A stretch of DNA of 62,726 bases, counting the filler, from Chiloscyllium plagiosum (Eukaryota): assembly GCF_004010195.1 (NCBI RefSeq). It is 3 parts of one record of this genome, joined end to end, with 100 filler letters (N's around TTAATTAATTAA, not from the genome) between each part and the next. Parts side by side here need not be neighbours in the genome. Positions count along the whole stretch, not along the records: positions 22,538 to 48,406 come from NC_057717.1; positions 48,507 to 62,726 come from NC_057717.1; 1 more part is not named here. The stretch is one strand, 5' to 3'. The translations under genes were made by a program, and so were the position numbers. How positions within the stretch are numbered: position 1 is the stretch's first letter; each line of letters opens with the position of its first letter. Under the pieces are notes generated by a model. That model saw only the letters and a list, made by a program, of their open reading frames with translations, made no database searches and was not told the origin of the DNA. Below, one piece after another: positions 38,318-50,934 of the stretch.

Positions 38318-38984
38318 GTAAGTACCAGAGTGAGAGACTGTTCACACTAACTGGATGGCTGACATTGTTTATTATCATCATCACCATCAGGAAGTGTTAT
38401 CTATAATATTACAGATTATCGGTATCTGTAATAATATTAATATCAAGTATTGGTTGTGAAAACGGACATGGGCCAGGATGCAAAAAAGACAATATTACAT
38501 TTATTGGATGGACATCTCATATTGAGATCTAATGATGCAATATGTTAATACAGCTGCATCAAATTACAGTTGCTGACAAGGGAAAGCTGAAATGAATTAC
38601 TTTATGGCCTTTTTTTTGTAAAACCTGGCGTTTTAATTTTTGATTAATGATCAACTGTGAAAAGAGTTAACAGGCCAAATCTTTCAAACTTTGGTTCAGT
38701 GTCAATTTTGTCATGTTTCATATAGGGTTTCTGTCTAAGAGACATTGTGATGTTTTCGTGTGCTGTCATTTCCAATCTTGCCTCGTTAACTACCCAGCCT
38801 GCCCAGAGAGTTCCCCTCTCGTCTGTTGCTCGCTCAATTTCATCACCTGCAACAGCCTGCTTATCGTAGAATAGCCCAACGTCTCTGGTTCACCTTTAAA
38901 AGGGAAATGCGCAGCCAGACAAGAAATGTCAGTCCAGAACTACCCTTTGTAAATATGACATTTCCCCAAACATAGCAGCTATAG

Positions 38985-39510
38985 GGGAATTTGGCACCCT
39001 GTTTTAAACTTAGGTGACTGAAGATCTGCTGAATGGGGTTGTGCAGAAGAGCAGCCATCCTCTACAACTGACAGTTGGCCACAATACCAGACCCTGCCAG
39101 CCTGGTCTGAGGAAGCCACCTGGACCAGCGTGGTCTCAGTCATCTGGAGGAAATCCCTTCACTGTAGGAGGAAGAACAATAATTTTCTCTGATCCACCAC
39201 AGTCAATAACAACTCTCTGTTAACTCTTACTCACTCTGTCTCTGCTCCTGCATGTACCTCACACCCATTCTGAAACTCACTATTGCATGCACCATCCTCC
39301 ATCACTCACTTTTCCTCAGCCAATCCCCCACATCATTAACCTTGCATGGCCTCTGTGCTGTCTACTCAGCAGGCCACACCACATTTTCCCCCAATAACTG
39401 TGCCACCCATTCCAGTTCCTTCTCTAATTTCAGCAGAAAATCACCCAGAATAAGACAGACAGACTCAAGGCTGCCTGATATTCAGCTCCTCACCCCTTAA
39501 GTGGATCGGA
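38985..39510 (+). mobile_element. Harbinger-type Myb/SANT gene remnant with its intron
   Basis: EDLLNGVVQK...QTLPAWSEEATWTSVVSVIWRKSLHCRRKNNNFL, a pyrimidine-rich intron, then ttcag|QKITQNKTDR...PDIQLLTP. This matches AWxEVA..VS....R...QCRKKxNDL / KxAHN....TGGGxPDIxxLTP. Confidence 0.65.
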
Positions 39511-40159
39511 TCCGAACTCTGACCACCCCAAGCGGCTGACTGATCGTGTCCCAGCTCCTGGATTGGTATCAGAAGCTGTCCTGGATTCTCCCTTGACTGT
39601 GCACTGCTAGCATAAATTTATTTGCTATACAACGGAGCAATAAGCAAGAGTGTAAGCTTGGTATATTTGGCTGGGCAAGGCTAAGCAGGGATGCACTGAG
39701 CAGCTGAATAGCACGTAATGAGTTTGAGCCTAAGAGGTAATCTAGTCCAATCTATCAGCCTGGTGCCTATCACTGAGCACAAAGCCTCTTTGTGGCAGGA
39801 TTGCAGTGATAATCTCTGGTGTACCTGAGATGCAGCTTTAAAGTGAACAAGCAGATTGTGAATGGATCACAGCTGTGTCACATTGATACACTTAATGAGG
39901 CTGACAACAAGGAATAATCTCCTTTACGTATTCAGCATTTTATCACTCCTTAGTGAGAATCTCTTCTCGACACTGAGGAAGTTCCACTAAGCAATGTTAA
40001 AATAGGCTTGGCTAACGTTCTTATGTGACTCTTCCAGGTTTTTTGCTGTGGTCCACATTTTTCAGGGCTCTTTAAGATTCTGTTTTTGTGCAGTGACCTT
40101 TATTCAGAACTGGTAAATGCTCGAATATGTAACCGATTTTAAGCATGTAACAATTGCAC

Positions 40160-40695
40160 TACACAAATGCAAGACAATGACTATCTTCAATAAGAGACAA
40201 TCTAACCACTAACCTGTGATATTCAATGAGTTACCATCACTGGATGCCCCACTGTCAATACTCTTAGGGTTACCAGTTGGCCAGACACTCAACTGGATTT
40301 GCCACATAAGCACAATGTCTACAAGAACAGGCCAGAGGGGAGGAATCATATGGAGAGTAACTCACCACCTGCCTCCCCAAAGCCTGTCCACCATCTACAA
40401 GGCACAAGTCAGGAATGCGGTGAAATACACTTTCCTGGATGGGTGTGACACCAGCAACACTCAGGCTTCACAGCATCCAAGACAAAACAGCCTGTTTAAT
40501 TGTCAAATCATCCACAACTATCCACTCCCACCACCACAAACACTCCATGGCAGCAGTGCATATTATCTCAAACAACCTACGGCACGTGGACTGCAGTGGT
40601 TCAAGAAAGCAGCTCTCCACCACCTTCTCAAAGGCAATTAGGAATAAGCAATAAATGCTGGCCAGCGACAACACCCAGTCCCATGAATAAATAAA
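40160..40695 (+). mobile_element. Second LINE family, ORF2 C-terminus and 3' tail
   Basis: LNWICHIST...HLPPQSLSTIYKAQVRNAVKY; IQDKTACLI; tail ggcaattaggaataagcaataaatgctggccagcgac...cccatgaataa. Confidence 0.8.
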
Positions 40696-40889
40696 TGAAA
40701 GTATACTTTGACAATGAGTGTGGAGAGGAAGGGCAAAGCAAAGTGAAATGTGAATAATAGAAGGGAAGGAAGGTGACATAACAAAATCCAGATGACGCAA
40801 AACAAAAAGGGGATAAAATACCAGAAGGCTTGAGGATGAGTCCATATGTTGTGTAAGCAATGTGGGAGAGGAACGCAGGGAGAGTAGAC

Positions 40890-41215
40890 AAACGTTGTTG
40901 TAATTGGGATTGCATAGTTAGAGAAATAGAGACTGTTCTCTGTGAACAGGATCAAGAATGCCAAAAGTTGTGGTGTTTCCCTGGTGCTTGGGTTTGGGAT
41001 CTCACATCTGGGCTACAAGGGAACTTGGAGTGGAAGGGGTAGGATCCAGTGGTTGTGGTCCATGCAGGTACCAATGACATAGATAAAACTTGGGCAAAGG
41101 TTCTGCTAATGGAGTATGACTAACTAGGAGCTAAACTGAAAAGCTGATGATGTCTGGACTACTACCTGAGTCACGAGCTAATTGGCAAAGGGTCAATGAG
41201 ATGAAGCAGGTAAAT
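40890..41215 (+). mobile_element. CR1 ORF1 SGNH-esterase remnant
   Basis: VVIG(D)..VREIETVLC...CFPGAWVWDL...DPVVVVHAGTNDI. Confidence 0.8.
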
Positions 41216-42480
41216 GCTTAAGGTAAGATGGAACATTACTGACTAATTAGTCTAACCTCGACCGTAGGTAAGATCCCGGCGTCCATTGTGAAGGATGAGA
41301 TTTCTCTATACTTGGAAATGTATGGTAAAATAGGGTGGAGTCAGCATGGTATAATCAAAGAGGTTATGCCTGGCAAAGCTGCTCGAATACTTTGAGGAAG
41401 TAACGAACAGGTTAGATTAAGGATAACTAATGGATGTTATATAACTGGACGTCCAGAAGGCATTTAGGAAGGTGCTGCACAGGAGGCAATAGAGTAAGAA
41501 AAGAACCCATGGTGTTTGAAACAAGTTGCTAACATGAGTGGAAGCTTGGCTATCTCATAGAAAGCAGAACATGGGGGAAGAAAACATCCTAGTCAAGGTG
41601 AGAAATAGTGTTCCACAACACTCATTGTGGGGACCACAAATTTTCACTTTGTTCATTTAATGATCTAGATGAAGGAACTGGGGGTATTCTGGCTATGTTT
41701 GCAGATGATACAAAGATAGGTGGAAGGGAGGTAGCATTGAGCATGTGGGGAGGATGCTGAAGGATTTGGACAGGCTAGGAGTTTGGGCAAAGAAGTTGCA
41801 GATGGAGTGCAAAGTGGGAAAGTGCGAGGTCATGCACTTTGGAAGGAAGAATAGAAACATAGAGTACTTTCTAAATGGAGAGAAAATTCAGAAGCCTAAG
41901 TGCAATGAGACTTGGGAGTTCTAGTCCAGAATTCTCTCAAGATAAACCTGCAGGTTGAGACAGTTAGGAAAACACATGCGTTACAGTGTTTTATTTTAAG
42001 AGAACTTGAATATACTTCTGAGGGTCTGTAAGGCTCTGGTGTATTATTTGCAGTTTTAGCCCCATATCTCAGGAAGGATATATTGGCCCTGGAACGTGTT
42101 CAGAAGAGTTTCACGCGAATGATCTCAGGCATGAATAACCTAACATATGAGGAACTTTTGAGGACTCTGGATCTATCCTCAATGAAGTTTAGTAGGATGG
42201 GGGGGGGGGGGGGTGATTTAATTGGCCTGGACAGAGTGGATATTGGGAAGATGTTTCCATTGGTAGGAGAGACTGGGCAGAACTTGAGAGTAAAGGGATG
42301 ACTTTACTTTCAAACAAAGATAGGAGACACTTCTTCAACCAGAGAGTGGTGAATCTATGGAATTCACTGCCACGGAAGGCTGTGAAGGCCAGGTCACTGA
42401 GTAGGTTTATGATGGCAATGAGTTCTTGATTGTAAGGGGGGAATCAAGGGTTATTGGGAGAACGGGGTTGAGAAACACAC
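41216..42480 (+). mobile_element. CR1 ORF2 + 3' UTR, decayed
   Basis: SQHG, FEEVT, NDLDEGT..ILAMFADDTKIGG, ALERVQKSFTRMISG, FFNQRVVNLWNSLP. Confidence 0.85.
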
Positions 42481-42850
42481 AGAACATAGGACATAACAGC
42501 TCAGTACAGGCCCTTCAGCCCTTGATGTAGGTTTCACAGGGTGGTGCAATCTGAAGCCGATCTAACCTACACTATTCCATTCTCATCCATATGCTTATCC
42601 AATGACTATTTAAATGCCTGTAAAGTTGGTGAGTCCACAACTGTTGCAGTCAGTGTGTTCCATGCCTCTACTACTTAGAGTAAAGAAACTACTTCTGACA
42701 TCTGTCTTAGATCTATCACCCCTCAATTTGAAGTTATTCCCCCTCGTGCTAGCCATCACCATCCGAGGAAAAAGACTCTCGCTGTCCATCCTATCTAACC
42801 CTTTGATTATCTTATATGTCTCAATTAACAAACCTCTCAGCCTCCTACTC
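42481..42850 (-). mobile_element. CR1 3' end
   Basis: LIETYKIIKGLDRMDSESLFPRM...DVRSSFFT; tail (rc) agaacataggacataac. Confidence 0.85.
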
Positions 42851-43459
42851 CAGTTACACTGAGACTGTCAGCTCCCTTAATAGGTTATGGATAATTAGAA
42901 GCAGAACTTCATTAGTGTGAAATGAAAATGAAAGACAATCATAGGTTTCACTTTCTTGGGAAAACATTCAGGATCTATTAAAGACCCTGGAATGTTTGTC
43001 AGCTTTACCCAGTGCTCATTACTAGTTGATCTTTATAACAGTCACTGGGTGAATGTCAGAGCAGTAATTTGCAGAAAATGGTAGGAGTGGAATATACACG
43101 GGTCAACTGTTAGTGCCTGGAAATTAAATGCCAAAGCAATCCAGGAAGTATGGAATTCGTGAAACGACAATGCTATGGGCTTGAGTTTCTGGGAGATAAA
43201 ACCTAATAGACAAAGCAGCTATCAGCCAGAAGTTGGTTACCATAAAGTTCTCTCAAAGTATTTGTCATTTGAAGGAAACAAATAAACATATTCTCATACA
43301 CTGTCACACTAGCCTGAATTTCTATTTGATTGTACCAAATTTGATCATCACTGCAGATTGTGAAATCAGTGTCAGACCTTCTGATGTTAGACATTGCGTT
43401 TGAAATCATGTGCTGGCCGCGTATGGCGAAGATATAACTTGTCGCAAACAAATGTATCC

Positions 43460-45480
43460 GATGCTATTACATTGCACAGGTGAAAAAAAATCAATATGCC
43501 TTCTATAGCACCTTTTCCATCTCCCGGCAACTGTCAAGCCACATCTGGACATGTAATCCAATGTTCCTCATGTCATCCACTACCTCTCAAAACCCTCCTA
43601 TTTATTGGGTATTCACTTACTTTGTTTACGCTCCCCAAAGTTTCACCTCACAATTCTCCAGAATAAGTTTAATTTGTCATTATTCTGCCCAGTCAATTAA
43701 ACAGCTGATATCATCTTGCAGTCAGTAGCCATCCTCGCTCCTGTTAAATACCTGACAGTTGCTGTATCATCCGTACATTTCCCAATCACGTCTTCCAGAT
43801 TAAAACTGAAATCACTAAAATATATCACAAGCATCAAGGGAGCCAGAACTGAACTGTGGAACACTGCTGAAAACTACTTTCCACTCACAAAAACTTCCAT
43901 CAACACTTATCCATTGTTTCTTATCACTGAGTCAATTTTAAATGTAATTCATCATGTTCCCCAGTATCCCACAGGCTTTATTTTTTTAAAACAGTTTTCT
44001 GTGTGGGACTTTGTCAAATACCTCACTAACACCTGTGCTGACAACATGCACTGTGGGACCCACATCCCAAACCTGCTTGATAGTCCCACAAAAGAAATCA
44101 AGTTCATATGACGTGACCTTCCCTTAACAAATCTATGCTGACTCTCCCTCATCAATTCAAAACATTTCAAGTAGGAGTCAATTCTATCACTCAATATTGA
44201 TTCCATTTTTTTTTCCAAGTTCAGACTCATCGGCCTATAATTATCTCCCCTATCCCTCACATACTTTCTGAAAAATGGTATAAAGTTTGCAGAATTGCAA
44301 TCCACTGCTACCTTGCCTGCACCTAATAAAGTTTGGAAAATAATCCTTAGAGCATCCAATATTTCCACATAACTTGCTTTAATAGACTAGGATATAATTT
44401 AACCAGTCCTGATGATTTATCCACTTTCAGGGAGGTCAGTTCCCCTGGTAATGTCCCTCTCATTACGCTTATTTTGTCTAATGTTTATGTAATCTTCTTA
44501 ACTAAAATGTCTGCATCTTCCCTCTCCTTTGGAAAGACAGGGATAAAATACTCAAGAAACATGTACATGTCTTCTGTAACCAGTCATGAGTTACTATGTC
44601 TGTCTCTGATGGGCTCAACGTCCACACTCCCGGTATACTGATAAAACATCTCTGGATCCTCCCTAATCCTTCACAACCTCAATCCGATCTCCCAATTTTC
44701 CCTCCCACTTCCCCCTGCGCACTCCCGAAATAACTGCACAGGGGCTGGTATCCTGTATCCAAGTCACCCTTTCTTGACATGCGCACAGTATACTGCTGTG
44801 GCCAGCCAGCTCAGAGTCACACCCCGAATTAAGGAGATTCTGAATCTCCTGTGTATACTGGTCAGCCAGATCCCTGATTGATGCAGGTTACCCATCCCAA
44901 TAAAAGATCTCATTATTGATAAGATCCACTTGGTTCTAATCATTACATTTCCATGCTCCTTGAAGCTTCCTAAGGTATTTGTCTTTTTTGAGATTATCAT
45001 AAACTCTAATTTTCTTCCTAATTTGACCCTGTTTGCCTCTGGATTACCACCAGTCTCTAGACTTAGCAGCACAACTTTTTACTTTGTGGGGACATGTCTA
45101 TCTTGCCTCTGATTTGTCACAGACATTCTTTTAAGAAGCTGCAACCAGTCCACTTTTGCCAGAACATTTCCCAGCTTTACTGACCTGGGAGTGAAATTGC
45201 CACCCAGTTTGAAGCAGTCTCACTTATCTGAGAGCATAGAATACCTTAGGAAATAAATCTCTTCTCCATCTGTGAGTCCAACTATTTTCTCTGCGATATC
45301 TCACTCTCTGCCTCTGCTACTGTATCCACGTCCCACTAAGGCTCATGCTCAACCATTCTCACAACCGCCTGCATCTTCCCATACTCGCTCTCACCCACCC
45401 CAATGAATGAGCTCATTGTCCCAACATGCCTTCTGTGCTGCTTGTTCACTTGTTTGGGACACCTTCACACCGACACCAAA
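43460..45480 (-). mobile_element. Old CR1 ORF2 (EN to RT), heavily decayed
   Basis: ILDALRIIFQTLL...ANFIPFFRK..RDRGDNYRPMSL...RESQHRFVKGRS; EN-like GMGNL..SGIW upstream. Confidence 0.7.
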
Positions 45481-47538
45481 AAAGCAATGGCTTGGTCATC
45501 CATGACTTATAATATCTGTCTGTTCCTCATTTCAGGGAAAAAAAAGGAACAGACTCAATGGGCTGAATGGCCTGAGTTCTGCTCCTATTGTCTTATGGTC
45601 TTAGCATGCAAGTACACAACTGATAATAGAATCCAAGTACAAGGTCACTCTTGCAATTAGCAGCTATTGTGACAGGTAACCGATTTGGTGACACTGGCTG
45701 CATACGGCAGTAACAGTTTGGCATAAAGACAAATTCTCTGTCATAATGGAGGCGCTTTGAGTGTCCTCCCTGATTTGGCACTTATAATGGCTCATCCTGA
45801 ACCTCATGTCTCTATCTGTGCAGCTAATTGCACAGCATTGTCAAAAATCACTTAACTCCTTGTCTTGTGGATCCTTGTTCTTTGCTTTTTGCGACAACAT
45901 CCCCAGAAATCTCTTCGCCCTACTGTCATAACTTCATATGAAGTTGATCAATTTGCTCGGAGTATTGTGGCAGCAAAGCTGTGTCTTGTGTTTGGCTTTA
46001 GTTAGTGCTCTTTGTAATGTCCTATTCATTCACATTAGTGTCACTTAGATCTGCAGGTGGCAGATGCTATGAAACCTTTGTTTGATTCCCAGCAACTTAC
46101 AATATTTATGAAACTTAAATAGAACAGAAGTAGTGCACTTTGCCCCTCGACTGTCCCGCCATCCATAACCTTAGGGCTGTTTTTTCCCAGGACTCGAGAC
46201 CTCTTTTGTGCATGTTCCACATAGCCCTTAACTGCCCAATATTTCAAAAGTCTACCTACTTCCTCTTTAAATACTTTTAGCGATTTAGCCTCCATAAGTT
46301 TCTCGGGTGGAGAATTTTAAACATTCACTATTGTCTTGGGGAAAAAAAAACTCCCTTTTCAATTTCAGCTTTAAATGTCCCCCAGATTGAGATGCCCCCA
46401 ATATCTCAATATCTGCTTTGTCAAGCGCCATCCCCACCCCCAAAATCTTGTATATTTCAATAAGACCTACACCATTCTTTTAAAATAAAACAAAAGCCCA
46501 ATCAGTTGCATCATTCTTGATAAGTCAACACCTTCATCGCACAAGTAGGCCCTGTGAACCTCTCATGAACTGCCTGCATACTGACATTTCCTTTCTTAAA
46601 TACAAGATAGAAAACCATACAGAGTACTCTGGATGTGTAGGAATGTAAGCCCTGACTAGAGACAAAGACTCAGGAAACATCCAGGATTCAGGCAAATGGA
46701 AGACATTGCTTCAAGCAGGAAGAGGGCCAAAAAACCTTCTCCAAATCTGGTTTCGACATGAGAAGGCACTTTTTCCGTTAATCATTGGCTCAGATCAAAA
46801 GATATTAATGACACATGGTAATTTAACAGTAAAAAGCAGTATTTGTATACAATTGTGTTGCAATGATCACCTACAACGTGGTCACTCGGTCCTTCCTTCT
46901 TAGTTCTTATACCCAATCCTATGAGACACCCAATCAATAATGGATATTCCTTTGGACAGCCCCAGATTCCCATGATCTCATAGATTAGTGTTTGCTCAAC
47001 ACTATAATCTCTAAGCATTGGGATCTTCCTATGCATCCTATACATTCACATTCCAAAGTTACTTGCTGTACTCCTTTGTGTCTATCTCAGGCATACTTAC
47101 CTCTAAGGACAGGTTGAATTATGTTATTTATTATACTCTGTTCAATTAGTCTTCTTATATTTTACGCTGTCCTAACTATATGTAAAAATATAAAAGGTAT
47201 TTAATTTTAACTATTTGCTATAAAATTTTTAATATTATTTGTGCTATGAATTTAAATTGTAAATTTATACGGTTGATTCTACTGTTTGCACTTTGTGATT
47301 ACTGTGCTGTGAACAATCTATTTTGTTTACGGTGTAAGAGAAGGCGTTTCCTAAAGCTAATTAACTCCCACACAAAGCAAAAATGCCTTTTCCCTCATCT
47401 TTGTGTTATGCTTTGGTTATATCTATTTTTATGTTAAAAAGTACCTCTATGATTCTCAGACTCTTTAATGAGAATCTATTGCTTAATATTGCAAGAAACT
47501 AATTTCAAAGAAACAAATATTTACGATAAAATAACTTA

Positions 47539-47887
47539 TGGGCAGTCTGGTAGAGCAGTAGTTAGCACTGCTGCTTCACAGTGCTAGGGTCCCAAGTTCA
47601 ATTCCAGTCCGGGCAACTGTCTGTGTGGAGTTTGCACGTTCTCCCTGTGTCTGCACAAGTTTCCATCAGGTGCTCCGGTTTCCTCCCACAATCCAAGGAT
47701 GTGCAAATTAGGTGGTTTGGCCATGCTAAATTTCCCATAGTGTCCAGGGATATGTAGGTTAGATGGGTTAGCCATGGGAAATGCAGGATTCCAGGGAGAG
47801 GGTAGGAGGGCGAGTCTGGCTTGGATACTGTTTGGACAGTCGATGTGGACTTGTTAGGCCAAATGGCCTATGATGATGAATCTATGA
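47539..47887 (+). mobile_element. HE1-type SINE
   Basis: tgggcagtctggtagagcagtagttagcactgctgc...gttcaattcc...ggtttcctcccacaatccaagg...ggccaaatggcct...tctatga. Confidence 0.85.
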
Positions 47888-48406
47888 ACTTTAACTCCCT
47901 AAGCAGCTGCATTAACATGGATAACCTAGTTGGGACAATTACCAATGTATTGAAGCTGGGATCAATCACTCACTCAGGCATCTTCTCATCAAAACTGTCT
48001 GGGATAGCTGCTGCTCAAGGCTCTCTTTTTACTGGATTTGGAGTAGCTCTGTTCAAAAATACCATTGTGTCCTACTTAAAGGCTAGAACAACTGTCATGT
48101 TTATCTCCTTTTCAGCCATGTTGTGTTAAAACAAGCTGTTTAATTCACTTTTCCCTTGTGACCATTTTGAGTAAGCAGACATGGGCCATTTTGGTATATG
48201 CAAGTTCGGGCCATCCTTCCAAATCCCTCCTGTGGCCTAGGGCCATTATTAATAAACAGGCCAAATCAGAGTCCATGAATCTAAACCAAAGTCTAAAGGT
48301 GGTCATCTTTCCACGACATTGCATCCATGATCCTTTCCTTTCATCGTTCCACTAATTGTCTTTTCCCTAGTCGGTGTGTAGAAGGGCCACCTCCTTGGTC
48401 CATAGC

Positions 48407-48506
48407 NNNNNNNNNNNNNNNNNNNNNNNNNNNNNNNNNNNNNNNNNNNNTTAATTAATTAANNNNNNNNNNNNNNNNNNNNNNNNNNNNNNNNNNNNNN
48501 NNNNNN
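48407..48506. other. Artificial scaffold join: 44 N + TTAATTAATTAA + 44 N
   Basis: 12-mer at 48451-48462 centred in N padding. Confidence 0.9.
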
Positions 48507-49252
48507 TCCCGAATGATCCTAAGTTCATCCAACTCCAGCTCCAGTTCCCTAACACGGTCTTGGAGGAGCTGGAGGTGGGTGCACTTCCTGCAAGTGTAAT
48601 CGGCAGGGACGTCGATGGCATCGCTCACCTCATACATGTTGCAGGAGGAACATTGCACTGCCTTCACTGCCATCCCTCTAAAGCTAACTTTTATTTAAAA
48701 AAAAAACTGGTTCTAAAGAATACAACAAGCAAAATTCAGCACTTACCTACTTACCACAACATATGTTATTATTAGGTTAGAGGAGGAGGGCGGGTTGGAG
48801 GCACTACCCGTGTAGTGCCTCGGGTTCTTCTCCTTCGCGCTTTTAAAGGGGGAAAAAACCTACCCAGGTAAGCTTACACTAACTGCTTCCGTGTCTCGGC
48901 TGCCCCTCTGGTCGTCGTCACTTCCCCCTGGTGCTCTCGCTCTTTCTGTGAAGAGAGAGTGAAAGAGAAAAAAAAAACACCGCTGCCCGCTACCGGTAAG
49001 CACTTTTAAAACCAAACGGTCTTACCTTTGCTGCTGCTCGCACTGGAAATGACCGACCGCTTCGAAGGGTGAGTATAAATACTCACCGCTTTCCTTCCCG
49101 GCTGCCCCTCTGGTCGTCGTCACTTCCCCCTGGTGCTCCCGCTCTTTCTGTGAAGAGAGAGTGAAAGAGAAAAAAAAAACACCGCTGCCCGCTACCGGTA
49201 AGCACTTTTAAAACCAAACGGTCTTACCTTCGCTGCTGCTCGCACTGGAAAT
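48507..49252 (-). mobile_element. Young CR1 5' end: tandem-repeat 5' UTR + intact ORF1 start (48673 to the gap)
   Basis: MAVKAVQCSSCNMYEVSDAIDVPADYTCRKCTHLQLLQDRVRELELELDELRIIR (zinc finger + leucine zipper). The upstream CpG-rich UTR has direct repeats at 48897-49050 and 49099-49252. Confidence 0.85.
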
Positions 49253-50420
49253 CTTCCATCCCTTTATTAATGATAGAGATGAGAGCAATGAGGCAGTCAT
49301 TGATTGTCTGATGGTTTGTCTGTGTGTGTACAGGACACACCCGGATAGTTTCCCACATTGTCAGGTAGATGCCAGTGCTGTATCCCAGCAAGATCAACTT
49401 GAATGGAATGTTATCAGGGCCCACAGCCTTTGCATTCCCCATCCCTTCAGCGGTTTGAAATTACCACAGACAGTGGTAAATACATCATCCTATCGATACT
49501 TCTGTCTGAACATTGTTGTGGTCGTTTCAGCCTTAGATTTTCTATTGTTGTGTTGGGCTGTTCCATCATTGAGGAAGGTGATAGGTCGGGATCCTCCTCC
49601 TCCAGTGAGTTTGATTGACACCACCATTCAACCTAATTACATGTGACTGGATTGTGGCGATTAGGTCAGATTTGTTGGTTAGATCTGTCTGTCGCTCGCT
49701 GTTTATGCTATTTGGTGAGTAAGTTGTCCTGTTTGGTCACACCACCTCATTTTGAGATGTACCTGGTGCTGCTCTTGGCCAGCCCTACTGTATTCTCCAT
49801 TGAACAAGGGTTTATCCGCTGGCCTGATGGTCAGGGTAAAGTGGAGCATATGCCAGGTAGTGACAGTGAAAATTGTGCTGGAATACTATTCTGCTGCTGT
49901 TGGTAATGACCTCTCACAGGCCAGTGCTGAGTTCTAGATCTCTTCGAAATCTGTCCCGTTCAGCATTGTGATAGTATCTCTCACATGAGCGCTCATGCGT
50001 GTACAAACGCACACACACTATTCACAATGGGTCTTTGTCTCCAGAAATACTGTGTGCGATAGTCATTGTTCCCAATTAGGTCATCGGTCAATGTCTCTGC
50101 AGCCGTGGTGAAGATGAGGTCATTTATGTTTCTGCCTGTCAGTGGTTCCCTCCCGATCCGGTGCAGACCCAGTCTCGCAGTTATGTTCTTTTGGACCCGA
50201 TCATCTCGATCAATAATGCTGCCTGCTGCTGAGCACCTCTTGGTGGTGATTTTGAAATAACCTACCCATTATACATTCTCCAGCTCATTCACTCTTTTAG
50301 TGCGTCCTCCAAGTGTTCAATGTAGAGGGATACTGATCCATCAGCTGAGGGAAGGGAGTCAGCAGGAAGTTTCCGTGTCTGTGTTTGATCTGACACGTGA
50401 GGCTTCGTTACGTTACATTG
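49253..50420 (-). mobile_element. Second LINE family, EN/RT remnant
   Basis: KAVGPDNIP, IYLTMW....VCPVH, LPSADGSV.LYIEHLEDAL. Confidence 0.65.
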
Positions 50421-50934
50421 TTGCTTGAGGAGTCTGTAGAACGCCTCTCCCACATTTCGCCCTTGCCCCCAGACGTTAGGAAGGTTGGATTTCCAGTGTC
50501 CAGTGTCTGCAGGACTTTTCCTTTGATTATCACTATCAATCGAAGGGCCTCTTCTATGCTGTATGATACTCACTCTAGAACTCTTGTGATTGGACAGTCC
50601 AAGGTCTTACTCCTTCAGTTCCTCCAAATACCTTGTCTATTCCACAGATTTCTACAATATTTTCTCTATTAAGACATTGCACAATTCCATTTTTAAACTC
50701 TCTACGTGTATCTTTCCCTACCATCTCATCCAACCGCTACATCCATTTGTATCGCAATAACCATTCGTATAACTACAAACTTTATATCATGCTACAGCCC
50801 CATTTCTCACTGTAAACTCCGCCAACCCCTTCACCAGTCCCTACCTCTCTAAACTCCAGCTGCTTCACCATTCCCCATCTCCTGTGAATGAGGTCAAAAA
50901 TATCTCACTAACCTATTCTAGCATGCACAGGCCA

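Noticed and set aside
43203..43290. Minus-strand TNTLRELYGNQLLADSC, superficially LRR-like
   Set aside because: Wrong LRR spacing, no suitable splice sites, and on the opposite strand to the real exons.
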